Source: Eledone cirrhosa (lineage: Eukaryota). Taken from it: a stretch of 64,000 bases of DNA. Position numbers and translations under genes: made by a program. Position 1 is the stretch's first letter, and each line of letters begins with the position of its first letter. The notes under the pieces were generated by a model that saw only the letters and a program-made list of their open reading frames with translations, did no database searches and was not told the DNA's origin. Shown here one piece after another: positions 44,751 through 57,519 of this stretch. Where the stretch lies: contig OZ024744.1 in NCBI GenBank assembly GCA_964016885.1, forward strand, positions 88,226,001 through 88,290,000, in the 5' to 3' direction.

Positions 44751-45262
44751 TGTTGGCGGTGGTGGTGTTGGTGCTGTTGGTGGTGGTGGTGGTGGTGATG
44801 GTTGCAGTGGTGGTGGTGGTGGTGGTGGCGGTAGTGGTGGTAGTGATGGTAGTGGTGGGGGTGGGGGTGATGATGGGGGTGGAGTGGTGTGGTGGTGGTG
44901 GTGGTTAGTAGTGGGTGTTGTGGCGGTAGTGGTGGTGGTGGTGGTTGTGAGAGGGAGGGGTTCCTGGTGGTAGTGGTTGTCGTAAAAGTAATAGTGTTGT
45001 TATTGGTAGAGGAGGTGAGATGTTGTTGTAGTTGATGTTGTGGTTGTTGTTGTTGGTGTTGGTGGTGGTAATGGTAGTGGTAGGGGTAAGGGTCATAGTA
45101 GTAGCGATAGGGTAGTGGCTGTTATGAATGTTGTTGTTCCTCGTAGTGGTAATGTTGATATAGTTGTTGTTTTTGTTGGTGGTCGTGGGTATTTCGTGGT
45201 AGTTTGTGGTGCTTCTTAGTATGAAATGCATGACAGAAGAGAAAGGGAGCGAGGCAACGAAG

Positions 45263-45359
<97 letters not shown>

Positions 45360-45854
45360 GGAGAGAGCGGGGGGGGGGGGGGGGCAATAAAGAGAGAGAC
45401 AGAAAGCGAGAGAGAAATAAAGAGAAAGAGAGAGAGTTAGGAGTTGGAAAACATTAAAGGGCTGTGGGAGTGGTGCTAATAATTGTTGTTGTTGTTATTT
45501 TTTTTTATTTCATGTGGTTGTAGTTCCTACTGTTGTATATGTGTTTCAGTTGCGAAGAAATGAGGGGTGAGGCAAGGCGCGGTGAGGTGAGTGTTATTGG
45601 GTTCTGGTTACGCAGGAATGGATGCTCACTCACTAATGTGGATGGTCTGGTCGAATGGGAGGATGTTACAGAAACGGATGCAAGTGTGCATCAGTGCAGC
45701 AGCGCAGCATCTGGATCCCGATAGAATATTTTGTTATCAATAATTTTGGTCTTATTGTTTTCAAGGAAAGAGAAATTATAATGATATAAATATATAAATA
45801 AATAATTTAATAAATAAATAAAGGGATAACTAGATATACAGATAAATAAATAAG

Positions 45855-45890
<36 letters not shown>

Positions 45891-46028
45891 AAAAATAAAT
45901 AAATAAATAATTAATTAAATAATGTGATAAATATTGGATCATCAAGTATGAAATTTGTAGAAATTTCGGTTCTTTTTTGAAAGTTCTACAAATTTCATAC
46001 ATGACGACTAAATAGATAGACAGACAAA

Positions 46029-46063
<35 letters not shown>

Positions 46064-46495
46064 ATGAAAAAATATATAAATAAATAAATAAATTACAAAT
46101 ACATAATTTAATAAAATTTTTAAAAAAACACAACTAGGAATGAATGAATACTAGAAATATAGGATGGGAAAAAATAGGAGCTAAAAATGAAAATAAAAGG
46201 CTGTTTAATGAGAAGAGAGACTGGGAATGCCGCCCACGTATTATCACTTGTATATATATTCATATATTTATATATGTATGTATAGATCAATGTATGTATA
46301 TATGTATTATGAATGTATGTATGTATGTATGTATGTATGTATGTATGTATGTATGTATGTATGTATGTATGTATGTATGTATGTATGTATGTATGTATGT
46401 ATGTATGTAGGTATGAATGTGTGTTTATATGTACGAATGTATATATGTATATATAAGTATGTATGTAAGTACGAATTTATGATTGTGTGTATGTG

Positions 46496-46536
<41 letters not shown>

Positions 46537-46857
46537 ATTGTACATGTATGTATGATTCTATGTGTGTATGTATATATGTAAGAATGTATATATATATACA
46601 TATATATATATAAATGTATATATGTAAGTATGTATGTATATATGTATAAATGTATAAATGTATATATGTATATATGTATGTATGTATGCATGTATAAATG
46701 TCTGTATATTTTTATGTATGTATATTTGTATGCATATATGTTTGTATGAATGTATTTATGTAGTATATATATGTATATATGTATGTAAGTGTGTAAGTAT
46801 GTATATATATATATATATACATATATACCCTTATGTATGTATATGTGCATATATATT

Positions 46858-46894
<37 letters not shown>

Positions 46895-47143
46895 TAATGT
46901 GCATATACGTATATGTATGTGTGTGTACGTGTGTATGTAAGTGTGGCTGCGTACTTGTATAAGTGTGCTGGCGTAATCTCCGGATTCTTATCGTCTAAAA
47001 TAGCTGCCAATCAAAATGGAGTCCAGCAAAAGATACTAACCAGTGACAATTAGTATGGGGTTAAGCCTGACAAAAAAAAAATCCTACAAAATAAATAAGT
47101 GAATTACTGTTGTACAAGGCGGCAAAATAACAGTCATACATAC

Positions 47144-47216
<73 letters not shown>

Positions 47217-47404
47217 CGTACATACATACATACATACATACGTACATACGTAGATACGTACATGCATACATAGATACATACATACATATATTTATATATA
47301 TATACATACATACGTACATACACACGTACATTTATTCAGACATGCATACGTACGTACGACGTACATACATACATACATACGTACGTATATATATATACAG
47401 AGAA

Positions 47405-47465
<61 letters not shown>

Positions 47466-47498
47466 TGTGTGTGCGTGTGTGTGTATGTGTGTGTATGA

Positions 47499-47564
<66 letters not shown>

Positions 47565-48106
47565 GTATATATGTATGTATATATGTATGTATGTATATAC
47601 GTCCAGGTTCATAGGCTGCAATGTTTATCTGTATGAACGCCGATGTATTTACATATATGCATATATTTTCACTGTAACTCTTATTGTTGTTATCATGATT
47701 TGTTTCTATCATACTCCACATATACAAATATACATATTTAATATATTTAAATGTACAAAGTATGAAGCTATAGCAATGAATGTATTACTCATATAAGTAG
47801 ATTATCTATGTATCTAAAACAGAGAATGTCTGTCTGCCTGACTGTCTGTCTGTCTGACTCCCTAAAACTCGAGAACCACCCAACCGATTGTTTTCAAACT
47901 TTGCACATGTAATATGTATGGTCCTGTGAGAGTTTTCATTGAAAAATATTTCAAATTTTCAATGCCCTTGGCGATTTAGCGATCCCTCTCTTTAATTCTT
48001 AGTCTTTCTTTTTAGATAGATACATAGATATAACTGCCTGTATGCCTTTTGTCTGCATTACGACATTTTGACGCGGTGTGTCTGTGTGTGCATATATGTA
48101 TATATA

Positions 48107-48174
<68 letters not shown>

Positions 48175-48291
48175 TGTGTAACGTTTTTAGAAATATTTAC
48201 TTCTGCGTTCACAGATTGATTTTTTTAGTTTCAGAAGATCTCGTTAAGGGTGAAAGCAGCGATTCTTTGCTTAAACTTTAATCTGTTATTG

Positions 48292-48327
<36 letters not shown>

Positions 48328-48392
48328 TGAAATTTCCGTTGAAAACAGAAAAGGTCATAGAAGTGAAGAGTGCTCTATGTAAGTACCAGAGC

Positions 48393-48890
48393 AAAATTTA
48401 ATGTATAAAAATCAATACAATATAATTACCTCATTACCAGAGGTTTCCCGAAATGATACTTTCTTTTAATTATTACACTCCCTTACCTCTTTTACTTCCG
48501 CATATAAGTGTACATGCGTGTGGGTGTGTTTATATGCGTGCCTTCATATTCTTATACCCTAACATATATATTTACGCACACTTTTTCACTATACGGATAC
48601 ATTTGTACATACACATATATGTACATCTGTGAACGTATATACATACATATACACACACCTAACAATATTTCTTGAAAGATTTTTATATATTTCATATGGC
48701 TATTGTTATTCATTTGTCTATATTTATATAATTTTTGTTGCTTTTCTTGATGAGTCTTTCCAAGTATTTAGCCATGTTTTATATTGCCTCATCTGACGAA
48801 CGAATGAAGACGTTTCTTTCGTATTCGCCTCATTCGGGAAACCTCTGGTAATGAGGTAATTATATTGTATTAATTTTTATACATTAAATT
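48393..48890 (+). mobile_element. Penelope-type repeat with a ~60-bp inverted 5' copy of its 3' end
   Basis: 48395-48452 is the reverse complement of 48833-48890; ends in (TA)n. Confidence 0.7.
48784..48859 (+). ncRNA. Type I hammerhead ribozyme with a complete stem III
   Basis: TTGCCTCAT-CTGACGA-aCGAATGA...TCATTCGg-GAAA-CCtctGG-TA-ATGAGGTAA; predicted cut after 48850. Confidence 0.85.
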
Positions 48891-48909
48891 ATATATATAT
48901 ATATATATG

Positions 48910-48997
<88 letters not shown>

Positions 48998-49016
48998 TTA
49001 TATATATATGTATATG

Positions 49017-49083
<67 letters not shown>

Positions 49084-49403
49084 ATATATATAATTATATA
49101 TTCGTGTACAGATATTTTTTTATTTTTGCATACACAATAACAAAATATAAACAACCATATTTATTTCACGAGGCTCGATAAGGATAAATATATATCAAAT
49201 ATATAAGAACCATAGAGCAAATCCCGAGCAACGCCGGGCCATTCTGCTAGTATACATAATAATTACAAGCTTCATTTTTGTATTTGTAGATTTGTAAATA
49301 TACAGATTTATAAATGTATGTATGTATGTATGTATGTATGTATGTATGTATGTATGTATGTATGTATGTATGTATGTATGTATGTATGTATGCATGTATG
49401 TAT

Positions 49404-50032
49404 GTTGCTGCTGATCGTAATAAATGGAGAAAGACTGTATATGAGGGAAAAGTTGCCTTTGAGGCATCTCGAATCTCATACGAGAAAGTAAAGCGGGATG
49501 TGAGGAAGGGCATTGCTGTTGCACTTCCAGACGGAGAGGGTACTCCTATGGTGCTGACATGCAGCGTCTGTGCGAGACTCTGCCTAAGCAAAGCTGGACT
49601 CGAAAGTCATCTTCGAAGTCATAAAGTAAGACCAGTGGTTGACACCAAGCTGCTTTTGGAGATGCCACGCGTCATGCTTGCCAAGCATGTGGTAGAGAAT
49701 GTAAATCAGCAGGAGGGCTCAATCGACATGCAAAAGTACATGAACTTCGACCACAGCCGGCTATGCCCAGTGAATGTTTTGGTTGCCGACTCTGTGCAAG
49801 ACATATTAGATCATTGGCTGGGCTAAAAAGCCACATTTGATCACAGCGCTGTTAATTGCTATCGTGTGTGTGTGTATAGATATGTTTATGTGTGTGCGTG
49901 TGTGTGTATATATATATATATATGTATATTATTATTGTTGTTGTTGTCGTTATTGTTATTCTTGTTATTATTATTGTTATTATTATGTTTTGTTGTGCAA
50001 TGGCCATACTCATTAACGAGGGGGCAGCCATC
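49404..50032 (+). mobile_element. Second copy of the zinc-finger-tailed RTE 3' end
   Basis: Highly similar to 9781-10420, frameshifted; preceded and followed by (TATG)n. Confidence 0.85.
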
Positions 50033-50046
50033 ATGTATGTATATAT

Positions 50047-50928
50047 GTTGCCAGTTTAGTCGCCAATGACCCGACCATGGGACGGGTTGTAGTGGGATAC
50101 ATGTTACCAGTAGCACCAACTGGTGACCTGACAGACATAACTTGGCAAATGAGAGACATAACTTGGCAAATGTTTGTCAGTGACGTCGAGATTCTGGACA
50201 GAATTGGCTGTGATAGTGTCGAGTCCTTGATTTTGAAACATCAGCTGCGCTGGACAGGCCATCTTGTTGGGATGAATGACAAGTGAATGCCGAAGCAGCT
50301 GCTTTATGGCGAGCTCCAAATGGGAAAAAGGAACGCGAGCAAGTCCCAGATGCGTTTTAAGGACTGCATCAATGGGGCGCTCAAAAAAAGTAACATCCCT
50401 TGTGAGCACTGGGAAGCATGCGCCACCGACCGATCGCATTGGAGGAAAGCAGTGGCTAGTGGCAAGAGTCTATTTTAGGAAACAAGAAGAAGGCACGCGA
50501 CACTAAAGAGAGATGTCCGGAAAGGAATCTATGTTGGCCTTCCCGAAAGCACTGACAGACGGCCTGACCTGACATGTAAGACCTGTAATAGGGTTTGTCT
50601 GAGCATGGCAGCTCTAAAGAGTCACCTGAGAGTGCACAAGAACAGGGAAGCAGGCACCTGTGGAGCTATAAGTGTTCATCAGATGACGACATGTAATGTT
50701 TGTGGAAGGGTATGCAGGTCGAGTAGTGATCTCACACGACACCTTGGGTCACATGGTGCCATGGGCCCAGCACTAAGTGTCAATAATTGTCATAAGTGTA
50801 GTGTTTGTACCAGAGTTTTCAAGTCGCTGGCTGGACTAAAAAGCCACACTCGTTCAGCGCATCGGTAGGGGTTCTCCTACATGGATATAAAGTAGTGGCC
50901 GTACTCGAAAACGAGTTGGCAGCCACCA
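50047..50928 (+). mobile_element. Related RTE family: inverted 5' end (50047-50132) plus 3' region with three C2H2 fingers
   Basis: QLRWTGHLVGM, PKQLLYGEL..GKR, WEACATDRSHWR; fingers CKTC..HLRVH, CNVC..HLGSH, CSVC..HTRSAH; (TATG)n tail. Confidence 0.85.
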
Positions 50929-50958
50929 TGTATGTATGTATGTATGTATGTATGTATG

Positions 50959-53700
50959 TTCTTCTGGTTTCATAATTTCACAAATTTTTGCCACTAGAGA
51001 GAGATCGGTTTCTAAGATAGACGAAAGACTCTTGCATTGGAATTTACACGACATCAACTAGGTAGATATGTCTGCATGTCTGCAGGTGTAGATATGGATG
51101 TTATTGTATGTGTGGATGTGGATGTTTTCAGTTGCATGTGTGCATGTGTATATGCTTTGTATCTGTACATGTGTATTTGTAGTTATTAGATGCAACATTT
51201 TTGGAATGTTTTACATATTTTACTCTTCCATTAATGGATTGTACTTGTAATTTCCTAACTAGTTGTGTTCTTTCTGTTCCTGTGAAGCCCAGCTTCTCAA
51301 GATTCGTATTGAGGCAGTCACTAACATACCCCAGTGCCACAATAATCACAGGCATAAGTGTATCATCTCCCTTAAGAACTTGTTGGTTGTGGTCGGTAAG
51401 ATACCTCCGATAGAATATCAGTTTTTTGTACCAGTAGCCGACAATCATACATTTTGCTGGTGTATGTATGTTTGTATGCATGAATGTTTGTATGTAAGTA
51501 TGTATGTATGTATGTATGTATGTATGTATGTATGTATGTATGTATGTATGTATGTATGTATGCACTTATACCAGAATGGTTGACATTAGCACAAACATTA
51601 CTGGTCCCCATGAACAAAGACACCCACTTGGCAAAAACTAACGAACCATTGCAGGCCAAAACCTGATGTATAAGATGTATACAGCTTGCCTGAACCTATT
51701 CCTCCAAGATCACTGTGAAAATAATAAATCATCACAGATAAAGAAGCAGCTGGAAAGAAAGGGGTTTGGGGGGTGTGCTGAACAACTCCTAATCAACAAA
51801 ACTGCGATGTCGGAGGTGTGACAACTTAGGAGGAATATGGCTACAGTCTGGCTGGACTACAGGAAAGCTTTTGATTCTGTTCCCCACTCTTGGATGATAG
51901 ACTCACTCCGACTTGCTAATGTCCCAGACATTATTATCAGAGCCATAGAGAAGCTGTATTCTTCTTGGGCTACTATCCTAAAGTGCTAATGTCAACCATT
52001 CTGGTATAAGTGTATCTCCCTTAAGAACTTGTTGGTAGAGGTCGGTAAGATACCTCCGATAGAATACCAGTTTTTTAATACCAGTAGCCGACAATCATGT
52101 CTCTTCCTGGTGTTTTCTTATCTTGGAGTTTTCCTATCACAGTCTCAAGGGTACCCTCACTTGTTTCGTATGTTTTTGTTGTAATGAAGGTGCAATAGTT
52201 CTTTTGAATTTCTTTTAACCACACTGCATCTTGGTTGAAATTCTTTTTTTCACCCCATATTTTTCTCCAAAAGGAATATATGTCTTTCTGGGATGGGGCC
52301 TCAGTGACACTTATTATTTTGCCCTTCATATCTCTATAGACTGATGTTTAGTTTCGTCTGAATCTTTTATTAAGCACTTTCCTTTCATCCACCTTCTTCA
52401 AGTATCGGTGTTTTTCGCTAACAGCTCTCAATTCTATTTTATTTTTCACTCTTTGTTGGTGAGGAGTGAAGCTTTTTTGTTGTTGTTTGGATGTAAGGTG
52501 CATTGTCACATATTCTATGGTTTTTCATAGGTCAGCAATGTTTTTTTCTGTTTTAGTTATATATTATGGTATTTTTGGTGGTGTTTTGTTCTTGTTAATA
52601 TCTCGGCTATCACCAAGATAATGCTTCACTGTCGTTGTTAAGGCATATAAACAGGCGTTGATTTGCCAAAATGTTGGGGTTTTTATCCGTCGTAAATATT
52701 CATCCCTTATTTCGTCAATAACACGTAATATTTCATTATTTTGATTTTTATTAAATATTGTCCTTTTAAAACGTTCAGCAAGAGAAATGTTCATACATGA
52801 ATTAATTTCTCTCTAGAAGATTTCGTTGAGGGAAATTTTCAATTGTTTATACTTTTGATTATTATCATTATCGACAGTATTTTCCACAATAGTCGAGGTA
52901 GTCTCAGATGGTACACATGGTGTCAAATTTCCTCGATTATTATTATTATTCCTTCGATTATTATTATTATCGATAGTGTTTTCCCCAGCATTCGAGGTAG
53001 ACTTTTCTTACAAGCATATTGTTTCAAGGCACTGTTCGACCTGGCTGCTAGGAAGTCTAGTAGCATGGCGACCTGTAGCACCTGTTGTTGATAACATGTT
53101 TGTTCTGGGGTACTTACAATTAATAATATTTATCTTATTTTTACGTTCAACAAACGTCGCTTGTTGGCGTAATTGTTTCGCTGTGAAATGATTTAGCTCA
53201 GAGTGTATTAAGTCCCAATATAGTTTCATTCTGTTCATATAACCAATGGAGTGATTGTTTTTTGTCATTTTATAACAATTAAATAAATCATCATTAATTT
53301 CGCAACTCCAAGAGAAATGCGATTTATAATTTCGGTTTCTTCTGTAGCTGCAACTGAATACATTTTGTTTAATTTTCTCGTTTTTCTTCGGTACTCCACT
53401 GATGTTGTTGTTGTTGATGTTGTGTTCAGCCTTGCTGTTTGTAGCAAATCCTTGTAAAATGAATTATGTATTTAGTCGGATATCTCTACGAATTCGAATA
53501 AAAGGTGTCTTCGGTGGATATATTTAGAAAAATAGCCAGTTATACAAAATGACTGGTAGTCGTGGCATTAGTGTGGGAGATAGTATTCATCTTAAATTTA
53601 ATGAATAGTCTCCCACACCAAAATATGCCGTTCACGAGTGGGTCACTTTACCGGCCATAACTCATACGAGCTGGTAGTTGGCATTATAATTGCAGACCGT
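50959..53700 (-). mobile_element. Rearranged R4/Dong-like LINE: N-terminal ORF and 3' end on minus, RT segment 51562-51980 inverted onto plus
   Basis: Minus: GYMNRMK..W, WQINACLYA, FWRKIWG, KTPGRDMIVGYWY. Plus: PEWLT.AQTLLVP, NLMYK, EQLLINK, WLDYRKAFDSVPHSW. Multiple stops; 5' boundary approximate. Confidence 0.8.
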
Positions 53701-53727
53701 GGGACTTAAGTCCTATAGGAGGAAATA

Positions 53728-53806
53728 GCTATCTGATGAAATTTACTTTCCGTTGGAAATTCTCTGAATTTCTAATTTTTTGTAAATGGAAACCGCCGGT
53801 AATAGC
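53728..53806 (+). ncRNA. Type I hammerhead ribozyme
   Basis: GCTAT-CTGATGA-aATTTAC...GTAAATg-GAAA-CCgccGG-TA-ATAGC; predicted cut after 53801. Confidence 0.8.
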
Positions 53807-53991
53807 ATTATGAACAGATAGATATTTAAATCATTTAAAAATTTATTTAAAGGATTGTTTAACGTTTGTTTGTTCTGCTCATCAATTTTTATAGTTCTGG
53901 TATCTCGAATTAGTACCATAGAACAACAATTATATTATAGATACCCTATATATCTCTATGGGTACTTAGTACTCAGTGAGATATTTACCTC

Positions 53992-54040
<49 letters not shown>

Positions 54041-54089
54041 CATATATACACACACACACACACATATATATATATAAAAAATACATAAT

Positions 54090-54800
54090 GAGATCTCACG
54101 GATACGTAATAGATGCAGTGAATGTATCGACACTCCAGGTTTCCTGAGAGTTCTCAACGAGAACGCCTACCCAACTGCTCTCAACAAATAGATTTCTCAA
54201 GGCGGCACCACTTAAAAGAAGGAGGAGCTGCGCCCACAGAGTTAACATATGCTACCTAAAGCTGCTGCATTTGAATGAAATTCGACCGTTGACATCAGAT
54301 AAGTCATCCACCGGGAGGTTATAAATACGCAGCTGGTGCACTAGGGACCGTCAATGGGGAGAGTACACAACAGACACCGACCTACATACAACTATACGTG
54401 CACACTTCCTAACAGGTTGTGCACATCTAAATCAAGGAGCACAGAACAACGCGAGCTTCTTCTGTTAAAATATTGACAGATGACGCAGCCGAGGTGTTGA
54501 GGCGATAGAAAGGAATGTGGGAAACTTAAGAATCAAAAACGCCATTACCATCAACAAGATAAGGCCTCAGATAAATAAAATATGAAAAAATGCATGAAGC
54601 AGATTGGCTACTATAACAGTTCCACGCTGCCTATTTCAGACACGTAGATCGTTCGTTATTGCTTTGAACCGTTTCCGTTTAACATTTGAAAAGAGGGTTG
54701 TAGCTCTGAAATATACTGGGTAAAAGATTACTTTATTTTGTTTTATTTGTTATCACTTGCCTTTAATATATTTCTACCGCATTGTACCATTTATTACAGA
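54090..54800 (+). mobile_element. Probable degenerate Penelope-like element (thumb/linker region and terminal repeat)
   Basis: EISRIRNRCS...LNENAYP resembles the PLE L..NGYP thumb motif; many stops. Confidence 0.4.
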
Positions 54801-54880
54801 CACACAGACACACAGACACACACATATTTATATGTATGCGTGTGTGTATATATATATATATATATATACACATACATATT

Positions 54881-54937
<57 letters not shown>

Positions 54938-55017
54938 TTATATATATGTGTGTGTATATATATATATATAAAGATTATAAAAGACAGTAAAGAATCAATA
55001 GTCTTTTAAACAAACAC

Positions 55018-55076
<59 letters not shown>

Positions 55077-55122
55077 CATATTAACTTATTAACATACACA
55101 CATACACACAGACACACTCACA

Positions 55123-55212
<90 letters not shown>

Positions 55213-55490
55213 TATTTATATATGGGTCGGTTGGTGAATTTTTTTCACATTTTCACAGGCGTCAAACTTTATTGAAACAATCTTCACTCATATGATATGC
55301 GTGTTATGAATTCCCGCACGTATTCCGAAACGAGAGCAGAGCCGACGAGACGTGAATATGTCTCATCATTTCTATAATGATACAATCTAGATTGGTTAAA
55401 TGGCCAATATTGAAGCGCTTCGCATGACAAAACGTAGAGAATTATTGAGACAATAACTCCCAAAACAACAACAGTAGTAGTAGTAGCAGC

Positions 55491-55552
<62 letters not shown>

Positions 55553-55713
55553 CTATGGTGGGAGTAGTAGTAGTAGAAGTAGTAGCAATAGCAGCAGTAG
55601 TAGTAGTAGTAGTAACAGTAGTAGCATCAGCAGCAACAGCACCAGTAGTAATAGTAGTAGTAGTAGTAGGAGGAGGAGGAGGAGTAGCAGTAGTAGCAGC
55701 AGCAGCAACAGTG

Positions 55714-55773
<60 letters not shown>

Positions 55774-56181
55774 ACATCAGCAGCAGCAGCAGTGGTAATA
55801 GTAATGATTTCATTTATATGCCACATAAGAATAATATCACCAATGATATTAATGATAAATAAATAATAGCAATAACTACAATAGCAACATGAACAGCAAA
55901 TTCAAATATTAGCTTGTAACATAAATTCCCGCCGTTGCTATAATTTGTTTAATAAAAAAAACGGCGGTAATTTATGTTACAACCTAATAGATAGAATTAA
56001 ATAGTTTTGTAAACAAACAAAATATCGAGAGAGGGGAGAGAGCGATAAATTGTATTGATTTAGAATGTAAGGGATTAGAATTGATAGCAAGAGAGTATAA
56101 GAGAGGTAAGAGAGAGTGATAGCGTACCTAAAAATGCTACAGTGAGAAACAAACGTATGTATGTATATATATCTATATATG

Positions 56182-56267
<86 letters not shown>

Positions 56268-56269
<2 letters not shown>

Positions 56270-56560
56270 CATCTAAATTTAAGGAACGTTGGTATAATCA
56301 CAGACAGTCTTTTATTAAACCAGATAAGAAATTTTCAACTTCACTTTCACAATTAATATGGTCTTTAAAGGGCAATAATACTAAATACTCCATCTTTTGG
56401 ACCAAGTTAAAGAAAACCAATTCCTATCAGAACGCAACTATTTAGCAAAATTGCAATCTTTGTAACTTCGAGACTCTACAGATAATTACAAATTATGACA
56501 ATTTAATCAACACAAAAAAACGAATTATTCAGTAATTGTCACCATAAAATTGCTAAAACT
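56268..56560 (+). mobile_element. Penelope-like GIY-YIG endonuclease C-terminal fragment
   Basis: [24 protein letters not shown]....SIFW.....Y....CNLCNFE...II; in-frame stop. Confidence 0.8.
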
Positions 56561-56631
56561 TTCCAAGCATCGTACAAGTTTCGAAAAAATATTGTCAATT
56601 AATAATTTAATTTATATATGCTTTTGCCTTA

Positions 56632-56896
56632 TTGTCTGTCTGCCTGTCTGACTCCCTAAAACTCGAGAACCACCCAACCGATTGTTTTCAAACTTTGCAC
56701 ATGTAATATGTATGGTCCTGTGAGAGTTTTGAGTAAAAAATATTTCAAATGTTCAATGCCCTAGGCGATTTAGCGATCTCGCTCTATAATTCTTAGTCTT
56801 TCTCTTTTTAGATAGATACATACATATAACGTAGCGCTCTTATAATATCTGTCTGTATGTCTGATGTCTGCATTACGTCACTTTCCTGAAGATGTC

Positions 56897-56936
<40 letters not shown>

Positions 56937-57519
56937 TGTGAGTTAGAATCCCTAAAACCCGAGAAGTACCCAACCGATCTTTTTCAGACTTTACATGTTT
57001 GTTACTTATGTTTCAGGGAGTGTTATGCACATAAAAAAATTCAACTTTTTTTATCTCCTAGGGACCGCATTACGTGAAAAACGGCGTTTTTTCAGGTTTC
57101 TGTGGGTTTTTATAGGCGTTACGTCAGACCAATTTCCTTGAAATTGTAACTATGTATTAGTCAGTCTCTTCTTCACACCGTAAGCAAAGAAAATCCAATC
57201 TTCTTATGGCCTAAGGCCCGCATTGGTGAAAAACTTCTTAGGGCTTTTTGGAGGCATTAGGTCTAGACGATTTTTCCCGAAATTTCAAGGCATATTATGC
57301 ACATAAAAAAAATTCATTTTCTTGATCCCCTAACATTAGGTGAAAACCTGCATTTTTCCTGCTTCATCGAGGAAAATCTTAAAGATTATCCAGCCATCAG
57401 AGTATTCGGTTTATTTTCTTTACATATTGTCCAGGCATTCAATTTTTCCACGATTAGGTCTGTTGGCGGCCCGCTTTCCAAAATAACTTAACCCGTGCAA
57501 CGCCGGGTACCACTGCTAG
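56632..57519 (+). mobile_element. Non-autonomous Helitron-like element
   Basis: Head highly similar to 47845-48070; 3' ACCCG-tgcaacgc-CGGGT hairpin and CTAG|T at 57516-57520. Confidence 0.7.

Larger units (their letters stand above)
47805..49250 (+). mobile_element. Non-autonomous Helitron-like element interrupted by microsatellites and a hammerhead element
   Basis: 5' TC with (TCTG)n head shared with 56632; 3' CCCG-agcaacgc-CGGG hairpin and CTAG|T at 49247-49251. Confidence 0.65.
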
